Shown here: positions 43,675 through 53,830 of the stretch, piece after piece
How positions within the stretch are numbered: position 1 is the first letter of the stretch
Layout of the letters: every line of letters starts with the position of its first letter
Assembly (NCBI GenBank): GCA_964591175.1
Contig: CAZQAF010000003.1
Location: 8,514-72,513 of the forward strand
Direction of reading: 5' to 3'
DNA from: an uncultured Desulfobacteraceae bacterium
GTDB lineage: Bacteria > Desulfobacterota > Desulfobacteria > Desulfobacterales > UBA11574
DNA length: 64,000 nucleotides
Program-made: the position numbers and the translations under genes
The notes under the pieces: model-generated
The model's input: only the letters and a program-made list of their open reading frames with translations
Database searches by the model: none
What the model was told of the DNA's origin: nothing

Positions 43675-45126
43675 TCATGGTATTCTCTCTACTTTTAGCG
43701 TATTGGTGCGACCGCTTCGTCCGAGCGGCGGCGTACCGGCAACAATAACAACGATATCTCCTGTACCGGCAATTCCCAGATGCTGCACCTTGCGCAAGGC
43801 AACATCCACCATATTGTCTGTTGCCTTTATGGGCTCGATTAAAGCGCTTTCCACACCCCAAGCCAATGCGAGACGTCGTTGAACCCGGGGCGTTACGGAT
43901 AATGACAGCACCGGACGATGCGGCCGGTGGCACGCCACCCGGCAGGCCGTCAACCCCGAAGAAGTGTAAGCCACGATCGCTTTTGCCGTTAAAGATTCGG
44001 CCACTAAATTGCCGGCATATGCAACCATCGGTTCGATATCATCGGGCGGCTCAAACGGCATGGGACCTGATAACTTTTTTTCAAACCAGGCCGTTTCAAC
44101 GGCAGCGGCAATCTCTGACATCGTTGTCACGGTTTCAATGGGATGCCGGCCGATGGCGGTTTCTGCGGACAGCATTAATACGTCCGTGCCGTCCAAAATG
44201 GCATTGGCGACATCCGTGGCTTCGGCCCGGGTCGGCTTGTATTTTTCGATCATCGATTCCAGCATCTGGGTTGCGGTGATCACCGGAATCGCCGCCCGGC
44301 GGCAAACGTCAATAATACGCTTTTGTGCAATAGGAACCTCCTGCAAGCTCATTTCCAGAGCCAAATCACCACGTGCCACCATAACACCCCAGGTTTCGGA
44401 CGCAATGGCTTCGATATCATCCAGCGCGTTCTGTCTTTCGATCTTGGCGATAATTGAAATGTCTGATCCCTTCTGCTTCAGATAGTTCTTTAAAATACGA
44501 ACATCCTCGGCAGACTGTACAAAAGACAGTGCCAGAAAGTCCAAATCCTGTGCAACGGCAAAATCGATATCTGCATAATCTTTCGGTGTGATGGATGGGA
44601 GGTCGACCCGCAACCCCGGCAGGTTGATGCCTTTCCGGGCCGAGAGCACGCCGCCCCTGAGTATGCGGCAGCGGACATCCCCATTGCGATCAATATCGAC
44701 CACCTCAAGCTCAATGTTGCCGTCATCGATAAGGATCAGGCTGCCGGTAAGGACGTCATTGGCCATGTTGAGATGACTGACCGAAACAACATCCTTGTTT
44801 CCCGCTACTTGTCGGGGTGTCAGGCATATTTCTTGGCCTGTTGTCAAGGTCGCCTTACCTTCTGTCATTTCTCCGACACGTATTCTCGGCCCCTGCAAGT
44901 CGCCGATAACGGCAACAGGGATACCCAATTGATCTTCTGATTTCCGAATCCGTTGGATCAGCGGTATGAGATATTCATGGCTGCTGTGGGAAAAATTAAA
45001 ACGAACCGCATCCATCCCGGCGAGAATCATTTGGCGGAGTGTGTCTTCTTGATCGCTGGCCGGACCCAGAGTGGCAATGATTTTAGTCCTTTTTAAAGGA
45101 CGTTTTTTACGAATTTTATTTTCCAT
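43675..45126 (-). CDS. pyk: Pyruvate kinase
   Basis: RTKIIATLGPAS, FNFSHS, GDLQGPRIRVG, MVARGDLALE and LSAETA are present. Confidence 0.9.
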   Translation of the reverse strand: MENKIRKKRPLKRTKIIATLGPASDQEDTLRQMILAGMDAVRFNFSHSSHEYLIPLIQRIRKSEDQLGIPVAVIGDLQGPRIRVGEMTEGKATLTTGQEICLTPRQVAGNKDVVSVSHLNMANDVLTGSLILIDDGNIELEVVDIDRNGDVRCRILRGGVLSARKGINLPGLRVDLPSITPKDYADIDFAVAQDLDFLALSFVQSAEDVRILKNYLKQKGSDISIIAKIERQNALDDIEAIASETWGVMVARGDLALEMSLQEVPIAQKRIIDVCRRAAIPVITATQMLESMIEKYKPTRAEATDVANAILDGTDVLMLSAETAIGRHPIETVTTMSEIAAAVETAWFEKKLSGPMPFEPPDDIEPMVAYAGNLVAESLTAKAIVAYTSSGLTACRVACHRPHRPVLSLSVTPRVQRRLALAWGVESALIEPIKATDNMVDVALRKVQHLGIAGTGDIVVIVAGTPPLGRSGRTNTLKVERIP

Positions 45127-45168
45127 TTTTCCACCATTTTATGTATCGGCGCAAAATTACAACACGCA

Positions 45169-46167
45169 TCAATGCGCAATGCATTCAATACTCGGATCGG
45201 TTTCGATGTGCGTGAATCTTTCAAATTCGCGCCAGACGATTGATCGGACGGCATCCGTTTCTTTAAAAATTTCGTGACGGGATTTCGGAATCGCAACATA
45301 TCGACAGTTCGGCAGCCATGAGGAAATCTGTTTCTGCGCCTTGACGGATACAATTTTATCCTCCCCTGCACTGATCATTAAAATCGGCGTGGTAATCTTT
45401 GCCGCATATTCGGGACGATTGAAAATATCGATGGATGCCAAAGTGGCGGACAACCAGCCATAGGTTACGCCCCCCAGCGCCAGATCAGGATTTTTTTCAA
45501 TGGCTTTGATGGCATCCATAAATCGCACAGGATCCGAAGTCAGTTTATTTCCTTTAAATCTTCCATCTGTATAATCGCCGGACCCTATGGTATACGTATG
45601 ACTGAACCCGCTTTTGACGGCAATACGGGTCAAGAGCCTTATGAGCCATCGGTATAGATTGGAGTTGAAAATGTCGATCATCGGTGACGTCAGGACCGCC
45701 ATATCTGCCGTTTCCGAATAATCGTGTAAAAAACGAAGTGCAATGTGTCCACCCATGGAATGCGCAATGATGATCAACGGACGAACGCATTCAGGCGTTA
45801 CGATCTTATTGAAAAACAGATTCAAATCATTCAGATAAACATGGTAATTGTCGATAAATCCCTTACGCCGGTTTGAAAGCATTCGGTTTGAAAGACCTTG
45901 GCCGCGCCAGTCAAAACTATACACATCAAACCCTTTTTGGTTCAGCTCGCCAATGGTTTCCGAATATTTCTCCAAAAATTCGCCTCTACCGGCAAGCAAA
46001 AGGATCGATCCTTTCCGTTTTTCTTTTGAAATACGCCATATGCCATAGCGAAGCGACTGCTGATCGTCGGTGGTCATGAAGTCAACGGTTGAAGAATTGC
46101 TTTCTTTGGCGATGCCGTTCGTCTGGGCCATACATATAATCATAATGTCGATCATGGAATCTTTCAA
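45169..46167 (-). CDS. Alpha/beta hydrolase (lysophospholipase / monoacylglycerol-lipase-like)
   Basis: LLAGRGEFLEKY, DWRGQGLS and the nucleophile elbow AHSMGG. The exact start is uncertain. Confidence 0.7.
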   Translation of the reverse strand: MKDSMIDIMIICMAQTNGIAKESNSSTVDFMTTDDQQSLRYGIWRISKEKRKGSILLLAGRGEFLEKYSETIGELNQKGFDVYSFDWRGQGLSNRMLSNRRKGFIDNYHVYLNDLNLFFNKIVTPECVRPLIIIAHSMGGHIALRFLHDYSETADMAVLTSPMIDIFNSNLYRWLIRLLTRIAVKSGFSHTYTIGSGDYTDGRFKGNKLTSDPVRFMDAIKAIEKNPDLALGGVTYGWLSATLASIDIFNRPEYAAKITTPILMISAGEDKIVSVKAQKQISSWLPNCRYVAIPKSRHEIFKETDAVRSIVWREFERFTHIETDPSIECIAH

Positions 46168-46319
46168 GATTTAATGCCCCAATCAGGCGATTACGCTCAA
46201 CTGAAAGTTATGTCAAAGACATATTGACCTCTTTTAGTGTTGTGGTATATCCTTTATAATATCCGAATTATTCGGCACTATGGCATCACTGCGGTCTGTT
46301 TCAAGTTTGGGGAGCTGAT

Positions 46320-47477
46320 ATGAACGACTATCTTGAAAAATTGCCCGGATTTGTCGATACGATCAAATCCATTCAAGAAACCGTCATTACGAACATTGTG
46401 CTGATCGGCCAAACCCCAGCTCCCACATTCAAGGAAAAACAGCGCACCAGTATTTTCATGGAACGGCTGGCCGAATTTCAGGTCGATGAATGCACCACCG
46501 ACGGCTATCGAAATCCCGTCGGTATCATTAAAGGAACTTCCGAATCAAAACCGCCTATTTTTGTGGTCGCCCATTTGGATACCATCTTCGACAAAGACGT
46601 CGACCATTATTATTCTATTCAGGAAAACACGATCAGGGGCGCGGGTATCATAGACAATTCCGTGGGGGTCGGCGTTCTGGCTTCGTTGCCGGAAATCTTT
46701 CGAAGGTTGGGTCTGCGTTTTGAATCGGATATTGTTCTGGCCGGTGTTATCCAGTCTTTAGGCAAGGGCAACCTCAGGGGCATCCGACATCTTTTGAAGA
46801 CCTGGACAACCCCTATCAGAGGGGCGGTCTGCATCGAGGGCGCCGAGCTCGGCAGACTGAATTATTATGCCGATGGCATGATTCGGTGCGAAATCGAATG
46901 CAGCATTTCACCGGTCAGCGGATTCAAGCATAAGTTCAAACCGAATGCCATCCTGGTAATCAATGAAGTCGTCAATCAGATCATGAAACTGCGTTTGCCT
47001 CAAAAACCCCGTTCAAGGGTGATTATCGGCAAAACCGCAGGGGGATTCAAGCATGGAATGATCGCGTACGATGCCTCTTTGGGTTTTGAAATTCAAAGCA
47101 ATTCCGATAAAATGGTCAAGTCGATTTTTAACAGCATTAAGGATATCGTGGAAGGTACGAGCCACGAGTATGAGGTTGATTTAAAATTAAACACCTTGAG
47201 CAACATTCACGCGGCAAGATTACAGTTCAACCATCCCCTGGTAAAAAGCGCCGTGAATGTGATGAAAAAACTCGATTTGACTCCGGTCAGCGGTCCCAGT
47301 GAATCCGAACTTTCCATTTTTCTTTCACGTAATATCCCGTCAATCACCCTCGGCATTACCCGGGGAGAAAACCATCATCAACAAAACGCCCGTGTGGAAA
47401 TCGAGCCCATATTTAGGGGGATTGCACAAATCATCGGTGTCATCATGGCCATTGACAACGGGATATGTGATGAATAA
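46320..47477 (+). CDS. M20-family metallopeptidase / deacylase
   Basis: VVAHLDTIF and GAGIIDNSVGVG carry metal ligands typical of M20/ArgE/DapE-type enzymes. Confidence 0.65.
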   Translation: MNDYLEKLPGFVDTIKSIQETVITNIVLIGQTPAPTFKEKQRTSIFMERLAEFQVDECTTDGYRNPVGIIKGTSESKPPIFVVAHLDTIFDKDVDHYYSIQENTIRGAGIIDNSVGVGVLASLPEIFRRLGLRFESDIVLAGVIQSLGKGNLRGIRHLLKTWTTPIRGAVCIEGAELGRLNYYADGMIRCEIECSISPVSGFKHKFKPNAILVINEVVNQIMKLRLPQKPRSRVIIGKTAGGFKHGMIAYDASLGFEIQSNSDKMVKSIFNSIKDIVEGTSHEYEVDLKLNTLSNIHAARLQFNHPLVKSAVNVMKKLDLTPVSGPSESELSIFLSRNIPSITLGITRGENHHQQNARVEIEPIFRGIAQIIGVIMAIDNGICDE

Positions 47478-48492
47478 GAGCTGGATAGATAACAATACCT
47501 TTCATTATTCGGAATTCAGCGATCTTCATCGGCTGGTCGATGAAAAGCAGCGGAAAAATCTGACAATTTCGTTGTGTCTGCCGACACTGAATGAAGAAAA
47601 AACCATCGCTAAAGAAATCCTGATCATGAAGTCAGAACTGATGACACGTTATCCCCTAATCGATGAGATCGTCGTCGTAGACTCCGGCTCAACAGATAAA
47701 ACCATAGAAATTGCAAGGGGATATGGCGCAGATGTTTATGAAGCATCGGAAATTTTTCCCCATCTTGAAAAATTCACCGGCAAGGGCGAAAATCTCTGGA
47801 AGGCCTTGTACATTACCAAAGGGGACATCATCGTTTATCTGGATGCGGATATAAAAAATATTCATCACAGGTTTGCCTATGCGCTTCTGGGGCCGCTGAT
47901 TCTTTTCGATCGCATCAAATATGTTAAGGCGTTTTACGACCGTCCCATTGCCATTGGAAAAAACAAAATCAGACCCACCGGCGGCGGCCGGGTGACCGAA
48001 CTTGTTGTTCGGCCGCTGTTCTCCCTTTTTTTCCCGGATCTCACCCAGATACTACAGCCGCTGTCCGGTGAATATGCCGGATATAGAGAAATATTCGAAC
48101 AAATTCCCTTTCCCATCGGATACGGCGTCGAAACCAGCATGATCCTCGATATTTATGAAAAATGGGGGCTCGATGTCATCGCGCAAGTGGATCTGGACAG
48201 ACGGATTCACCGAAACCGGGACACCAAAGCTCTCGGGAGGATGGCCTTTGCGATTCTGCAAACATTTATCGAACGCAAAATAAAATTGGGTTTGGTGGAT
48301 TATAAAGAAAAACTGTTCGATGAAATGATACAATTTAACCTTGTTAAGGGTGAATACACGCCGGATATTTATAAAATCGAGGATCGTGAAAGGCCCCCCA
48401 TCATTGAAATCCCGGAGTATTGCAAAAAATTTAAAAGGGTCTTGCAGAAAAGACCCCTTACAATCGCTGGGGATACGGATGCCGCGGGTTGA
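47470..48492 (+). CDS. gpgS: Glucosyl-3-phosphoglycerate synthase (GT81, GpgS-like)
   Basis: ISLCLPTLNEEKTI, VVVDSGSTDKT, GKGENLWKAL, YLDADI and PLSGEYA are present. The start MNKSW at 47470 overlaps the M20 stop by 8 nt. The track extension to 47299 overlaps the M20 gene. Confidence 0.7.
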   Translation: MNKSWIDNNTFHYSEFSDLHRLVDEKQRKNLTISLCLPTLNEEKTIAKEILIMKSELMTRYPLIDEIVVVDSGSTDKTIEIARGYGADVYEASEIFPHLEKFTGKGENLWKALYITKGDIIVYLDADIKNIHHRFAYALLGPLILFDRIKYVKAFYDRPIAIGKNKIRPTGGGRVTELVVRPLFSLFFPDLTQILQPLSGEYAGYREIFEQIPFPIGYGVETSMILDIYEKWGLDVIAQVDLDRRIHRNRDTKALGRMAFAILQTFIERKIKLGLVDYKEKLFDEMIQFNLVKGEYTPDIYKIEDRERPPIIEIPEYCKKFKRVLQKRPLTIAGDTDAAG

Positions 48493-48521
48493 ACGGGCAA
48501 TGACGGTCCGGTCCGATGCAT

Positions 48522-48652
48522 TGGTTTCTTGCAAAACAAACCGGATGCTTTGCAACCGGATGCAAGTTCAACGTCGAAAGCACTGATGTGTTTTTGCCTT
48601 TTTGGCCTATGTCTGAAAATTCAAGCCACCCGCTTCGCGGGCAGTGCTTGAC
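48522..48652 (-). repeat. Hairpin-rich intergenic repeat family B, copy B (~131 nt, with an insertion of about 25-40 nt relative to copy A)
   Basis: The reverse complement gtcaagcactgcccgcgaagcgggtgg...cagtgctttcgacgttgaacttgcatccggttgcaaagcatccggtttgttttgcaagaaacc matches 7616-7722. aagcactg and cagtgctt can pair as a closing stem. Confidence 0.75.
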
Positions 48653-48908
48653 TCCATCCACAAATAGTCTTTATTTCAAGGGAGTATTAAAAAAAAAGCC
48701 TGGGCCGTATCAGTGGGAGGCTACGTTTTCTCGCACAAATCATCGGTTTACGACCCAGGCAAAGAGAAGGAGTTAGCAGTATATCGGGTATTGCAGTCTC
48801 TGCTAACAGAATTAAAAACACGAATCAAGTTTTTTTTCATGCAGTATAATTTTTTTTTATTAAATGCAACGATCGCTGGTTTTTAATGTTTTCTTATAAA
48901 GGTAATTT

Positions 48909-50213
48909 TCAATGCATCAGATTTGGAAGATAAGTGACTATTCCCGGCAAAGCCATTAACACAATCACGCAAATAATATATGCCGGCAAGAAAAACGTTA
49001 CCCCTTTAAACACTTCTTCCAATTTAACATCTTTGGCCATACCGGCGACCACGTAGGTCGTAGCGCCAACAGGAGGGGTAACGGCGCCTAGTGTTGTAAT
49101 CACGGTAATTGTTACGCCAAACCAGATCGGATCGTATCCAAGCTGTTTTGCTACCGGGAAAAATATGGGAATGGTGATCAAGAGCAACGCCAAAGCATCC
49201 ATGACAGCCCCACCAACAATATAAATAGCAAATATTATTAACATAATTGTGGTATTGGAAACAGGCAGTCCCACCACCCAAGAAGCAATATCGAAAGGTA
49301 TTCTTGTTACAGCCAGAAAACGACCGAATATAACAGCACCCGCTATGATCATGATAACCATGCAGGATATTCGAAGCGTATCGATTATCGAGGCCACGAA
49401 TCCTTTCCAGGTCAGCCGGCCTTGAACAAAACAGAGAATCACTGCAAAAAAAGAGCCTGCGGCACCGGCCTCCGTAGGCGTAAAAAATCCAAAATAAAGA
49501 CCGAGCATCACCAGCAAAAACAAGGTGGTTATTTCAAATATACCAGACAGCGCCTTGATCTTTTTTTTGAAATCGGTCTTTGGCCCCACCGGTCCCCATT
49601 CAGGATAAAGTCGGCATAAAATGTAAACCGTTAACATCAAGAGAAAGGCCAATACGATACCTGCCCCTATTCCTCCATAAAAAAGTTTTGCAATAGACTG
49701 CTCGGTAGAAAGGCCAATCACGATCAGGACAACGCTCGGCGGAATAACAACACCTAGTGTAGATCCGCAGGCAACGACACTTGTACTGAGAATGGGTTTA
49801 TACTTGTATTTGTTCATCTGAGGAAGAGCGACAGTGGTCATCGTAGCTGCCGTCGCTGCATTGGAGCCACAGATAGCAGCGAATGCGGAACAAGCGATGA
49901 CAGTTGCCATGGCAATCCCTCCCCGAATCTGTCCCACCCAATTGTAGGCGGCATTGTATAATTTTTCGTTTATTCCGGAGTAGAATGCAATCTGCCCCAT
50001 AAAAATAAAAAGGGGAATAACCGTAAGACCATATTTTGAAAATGTTTCCCACAAAACAGAGCCAATCATATTAAGCCCGGCTTTTAAGGAAATCACGTAA
50101 CAAAATCCGCAGAATCCAACAATACCCATTGCAAATCCAACAGGCGTACCCAAAAAGAATAAAATTAGAAGGAGGATAATAATTCCTGTAATTCCAATGG
50201 CTGCCAGATTCAA
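48909..50213 (-). CDS. dctM: TRAP transporter large permease (DctM family)
   Basis: 434-aa polytopic protein of the DctM pattern. It overlaps the dctQ-like stop by 4 nt. Confidence 0.85.
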   Translation of the reverse strand: MNLAAIGITGIIILLLILFFLGTPVGFAMGIVGFCGFCYVISLKAGLNMIGSVLWETFSKYGLTVIPLFIFMGQIAFYSGINEKLYNAAYNWVGQIRGGIAMATVIACSAFAAICGSNAATAATMTTVALPQMNKYKYKPILSTSVVACGSTLGVVIPPSVVLIVIGLSTEQSIAKLFYGGIGAGIVLAFLLMLTVYILCRLYPEWGPVGPKTDFKKKIKALSGIFEITTLFLLVMLGLYFGFFTPTEAGAAGSFFAVILCFVQGRLTWKGFVASIIDTLRISCMVIMIIAGAVIFGRFLAVTRIPFDIASWVVGLPVSNTTIMLIIFAIYIVGGAVMDALALLLITIPIFFPVAKQLGYDPIWFGVTITVITTLGAVTPPVGATTYVVAGMAKDVKLEEVFKGVTFFLPAYIICVIVLMALPGIVTYLPNLMH

Positions 50214-50701
50214 TCGGTGTCCTCCTTTTCCGCGGAAAAAAGCCCGACAAGTTCAGTAAACAGAACCAATGAAAGAACGGCACAGCCAACAGCAACGCCA
50301 TAGGTAAAAGGATAATAGATGATTCTAAGTGTCTCCGTAATTTCTCCTGTATTCATTAGCGTTGTTGCTTTCACGGCAATTTGCCAGGCTGCCACACTAA
50401 AAAAAAGAAAGCAAACCGTATAATTAATCGCATTAATAATTTTTCTTACTTTATCAGAAAAACGATTAACCAAAACATCCACTGCAATATGGCCGCGTTT
50501 AATTTGGGTATGTCCAAGAGCAAAGGCGGTTACAATGGCGCCGCAATATCCCATCAACTCAAACGTGCCCTTGACCGGCACCCAGGTAAGACGAAATATT
50601 ATATTTGAGCAGGTCAGAATAATCATTCCAACCAAAAAAATGCCTCCGATCCATAAAAGCAAACGATTTAAAAACGTACTTATTCTGTCCAGAATTTCCA
50701 T
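50210..50701 (-). CDS. dctQ: TRAP transporter small permease (DctQ family)
   Basis: 163 aa with 4 TM segments, between dctP and dctM. Confidence 0.8.
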   Translation of the reverse strand: MEILDRISTFLNRLLLWIGGIFLVGMIILTCSNIIFRLTWVPVKGTFELMGYCGAIVTAFALGHTQIKRGHIAVDVLVNRFSDKVRKIINAINYTVCFLFFSVAAWQIAVKATTLMNTGEITETLRIIYYPFTYGVAVGCAVLSLVLFTELVGLFSAEKEDTD

Positions 50702-50775
50702 AACAACCTCTTTCTAAATTCAGAGGTTGAGGAAGTTGGTATATCTGAAAACTTTGGCTTCCTCAAAGTATTTGA

Positions 50776-51798
50776 TTACTCAGAATATTTCTTCGTCAGC
50801 GTATAAATATCCTTCACGATAGCCTCAGCAGGAAGACCTTTTTCTTTAGCATTCTTAACCCAATTGTCGGTTATGAATTGCAATTTTTTGTTCCACTTGA
50901 CCTTTTCCATCTTATTAAGATGAATAAATTCAACATGGTAATTCTTTTTAGACCATTCTATCGATTCTTTCACATGGTTATCCATATAGCTTCCGGTCCA
51001 TTCAGCCTGTTCCGTGCCAAGATCATCAAAAATCTTTTGAACATCGGCCGGCAGCGCCTTCCATGAGTCCATATTCATCACGACCGCAAATGGATAAATC
51101 ACCGTATCTGTCATGGTTACGTATCGGCATAGTTCTGCAAACTTAAAATCTTTCAGGGTTTCAAGAGAAGAGAACAGACCTTTAACGACGCCTTTTTGCA
51201 ATGCTTCGACCGTTGCCGGCATCGGCATACCCACCGGATTGGCTCCCCATGCGCTCAGTATTTGAGCCGCTCCACCCGATGCTCTGAGGTCCAAGCCTTT
51301 TAAATCAGATAAGCTTCTAATGGGCACCTTTGACATGATGTTTGTAGGCGCCGTTGTAAACATGGTAAGGACTTTCACCTTTGCAAAGGCCTCGGGTTTG
51401 TATTTGTTATAAAGACCCCATAGAACGAGACTGCCCACTTTAGCGCTTGGCAGATCCACCGGGAGGCTAGTTGCATTGGTCAAGATGAATCGTCCAGGCT
51501 GATATGCCATGCACAAACATCCTATATCCGCCTGCCCGGCGATGACCCCGTCTATCATGTTTTTTGCCCCGAGCAGGGTCCCGCCGGGATATGTGTTGAC
51601 GGCAACCTTTCCCTGGGTCCGTTTTTCTACCTCTTTTTTCCACCTTTCCATTTGAACACAAGGGAAAGTGGGGGCCGGTGGAAAATTTGCATAGCTTAAT
51701 TTGATTGTCCCCGCCGTTGTCGTTTTAGGCATCACCATGAAACCCAAAAACACGGCTACAAAAATTCCCTTCCAGACATGTGCTAATTGTTGTCTCAT
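50776..51798 (-). CDS. dctP: TRAP transporter substrate-binding protein (DctP family)
   Basis: Signal peptide plus the DctP-like pattern (KLSYANFPP, GGTLLGAKNMIDGVIAGQADIG). Confidence 0.8.
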   Translation of the reverse strand: MRQQLAHVWKGIFVAVFLGFMVMPKTTTAGTIKLSYANFPPAPTFPCVQMERWKKEVEKRTQGKVAVNTYPGGTLLGAKNMIDGVIAGQADIGCLCMAYQPGRFILTNATSLPVDLPSAKVGSLVLWGLYNKYKPEAFAKVKVLTMFTTAPTNIMSKVPIRSLSDLKGLDLRASGGAAQILSAWGANPVGMPMPATVEALQKGVVKGLFSSLETLKDFKFAELCRYVTMTDTVIYPFAVVMNMDSWKALPADVQKIFDDLGTEQAEWTGSYMDNHVKESIEWSKKNYHVEFIHLNKMEKVKWNKKLQFITDNWVKNAKEKGLPAEAIVKDIYTLTKKYSE

Positions 51799-51912
51799 TT
51801 TCGCCTCCTTTTAATGTGAATGATAGTGATTATCGCTATTTTTTAACAGGCTCCGCGTATAAATTCGTCCTCAAGCGTAGTGGTCAATTCTGACAAAAGC
51901 AGGCGTCTATTC

Positions 51913-53211
51913 CTAAATTGGAAGATTATTATTCCTATGGTCAAAAACCCGTCTGCTTTTTCTTTCGGTGCGCGGCAGGGATCCGTAATCCACAATTTCC
52001 ACCTGGCACCTCACCAGTATTTTATGTCGAATCTCCGCTATCACCTGTTCGGCCAGATGCACATCATTTGACTGGCTTTCACCCGCCTCCCGTTCCACCT
52101 TGATGACCATCATGTCGCGGCCGCTTTCACGCTGCTTGAGATGAATCTGGAATTCACTGCCGATGCCGTTGACTCGGCTCAACACATGATCGATCTGGCT
52201 CGGGTAGATGTTGACCGCCCGGTAGATAAACATATCGTCCGTGCGGCCGAGAATCCGGTCATGGAGGGGAAACGGCGCGCCGCAGGAACATGCTTGATCA
52301 ATAATCCGGGTCACATCATGGGTTCGATAACGGACAAGGGGGCTGCCCTCCTTGCACAAGGTCGTCACCACGAGTTCGCCCGACTCACCCTGAGGAACCG
52401 GTGTTAACGAAATTGGATCGAGGATTTCAAAAATAAAATGATCGGCCCAATAATGGATGCCGTTATGCAGGATGCAATCCAGACCGGTTCCCGGGCCATA
52501 AAGTTCGGTCAGCCCGTAAATATCAAAAATATGCTCAACGCCCATCAGTTCTTTTATTCGATCTCTCATGGCATCGCTGTGGCGTTCCGCACCCAGGATG
52601 ATCTTTTTAACCTTTATCTTGGGCAAAAGATTTCGCTTATGAATTTCTTCGGCCATGAGAAGGGCCATGGAGGCCGTGGAACAAAAAACAGTGGTTTCCA
52701 TGTCCACCAGCATTTCACAATGCATCTCGGCATTGGCCGGGCCAAGGGGAATTGCCATGGCGCCGAATCGTTCACAACCGGACTGAAATCCGACGCCTGC
52801 CGTCCATAGTCCGTATCCGACGGCGATCTGTACGCGATCATGGCGCGTCAGGCCGGCCATTTGATAGCATCGGGCAAAAAGGTTTGCCCAAACATCGATA
52901 TCTTTTTGTGTGTAGCAAAGCACCTTGCGCTTTCCCGTCGTGCCCGAGGACGCGTGGATCCGAACGATATCCTTGTAAGCCACAGACCGCAAAGGAAACG
53001 GATACTCCAGCAGCAGATCATCTTTATCGACGAGCGGGAGATGCTGCATATCGTCCAAAGATCGAACATCTTCAGGCCGGATGCCGGCTTCATCGAATTT
53101 ATTTCGATAAAATAACGAATGCTCATAAACATGGCGGACCGTCCACTGAAGGCCCTTGAGTTGAATCTCTTTCAACTGTTCCTCATCCAGATCATAAGGA
53201 ATAAACGGCAT
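51913..53211 (-). CDS. paaK: Phenylacetate-CoA ligase family (PaaK / F390-synthetase-like adenylate-forming enzyme)
   Basis: SSGTTGKRKV is the AMP-binding P-loop. YGLTE, YRTHD and the overall length of 432 aa also fit. Confidence 0.8.
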   Translation of the reverse strand: MPFIPYDLDEEQLKEIQLKGLQWTVRHVYEHSLFYRNKFDEAGIRPEDVRSLDDMQHLPLVDKDDLLLEYPFPLRSVAYKDIVRIHASSGTTGKRKVLCYTQKDIDVWANLFARCYQMAGLTRHDRVQIAVGYGLWTAGVGFQSGCERFGAMAIPLGPANAEMHCEMLVDMETTVFCSTASMALLMAEEIHKRNLLPKIKVKKIILGAERHSDAMRDRIKELMGVEHIFDIYGLTELYGPGTGLDCILHNGIHYWADHFIFEILDPISLTPVPQGESGELVVTTLCKEGSPLVRYRTHDVTRIIDQACSCGAPFPLHDRILGRTDDMFIYRAVNIYPSQIDHVLSRVNGIGSEFQIHLKQRESGRDMMVIKVEREAGESQSNDVHLAEQVIAEIRHKILVRCQVEIVDYGSLPRTERKSRRVFDHRNNNLPI

Positions 53212-53263
53212 AACAAACTCCTAACTCGAATAAACCAAAATAAGTGAACACAGTTTTATTAAA

Positions 53264-53830
53264 TTATTTGAAACTCTTAAACCCGGCTTCAAGGGCTTTT
53301 GCGGCATCATCCAGCATGGTTTTATTTTTTGCCATCCGGAGTTCCAAAACCGTTTCGACATCTTCCATCTGACAAAAAAGATTGTTCTCCGTCTTAGCTG
53401 ATGCGGCTGCAAGGGCAAAACCGAGAAGAATCAGGTTGACCGATTTGGGGTTTTGGATCTGCTTCGCCAGTCTCTCGGCATCGACGATATATGCCGAAAC
53501 ATCGGCGTCTGTCGTTACACCTTGGCTGCTGTTCACCACAGCCCATGTGCCCGGTTTCAAATAATACCCATGCTGGGCCATACTGTTTGCTTTTAATGCC
53601 AGTAGTCCATCGGCATTTCCGGCCCGTATCAGCGGACTCGAAAAAGCGCCTGCTTTAAGGTGCGACAAAACCGTTCCTCCCCGCTGGGCCATGCCGTGGG
53701 TTTCCGAAGTAAAGACGCGAAGCCCTTTCAAAATTGCCGCTTCCGCCAAAAGGCGCGTAACAAAAAGAACGCCCTGGCCCCCCACGCCGCTGATGACAAT
53801 CTGCTGACTAATGGAACTTTTATCCGGCAT
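53264..53830 (-). CDS. iorB: Indolepyruvate:ferredoxin oxidoreductase beta subunit
   Basis: VISGVGGQGVLFVTRLLAEAA and ETHGMAQRGG are present. Confidence 0.85.
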   Translation of the reverse strand: MPDKSSISQQIVISGVGGQGVLFVTRLLAEAAILKGLRVFTSETHGMAQRGGTVLSHLKAGAFSSPLIRAGNADGLLALKANSMAQHGYYLKPGTWAVVNSSQGVTTDADVSAYIVDAERLAKQIQNPKSVNLILLGFALAAASAKTENNLFCQMEDVETVLELRMAKNKTMLDDAAKALEAGFKSFK

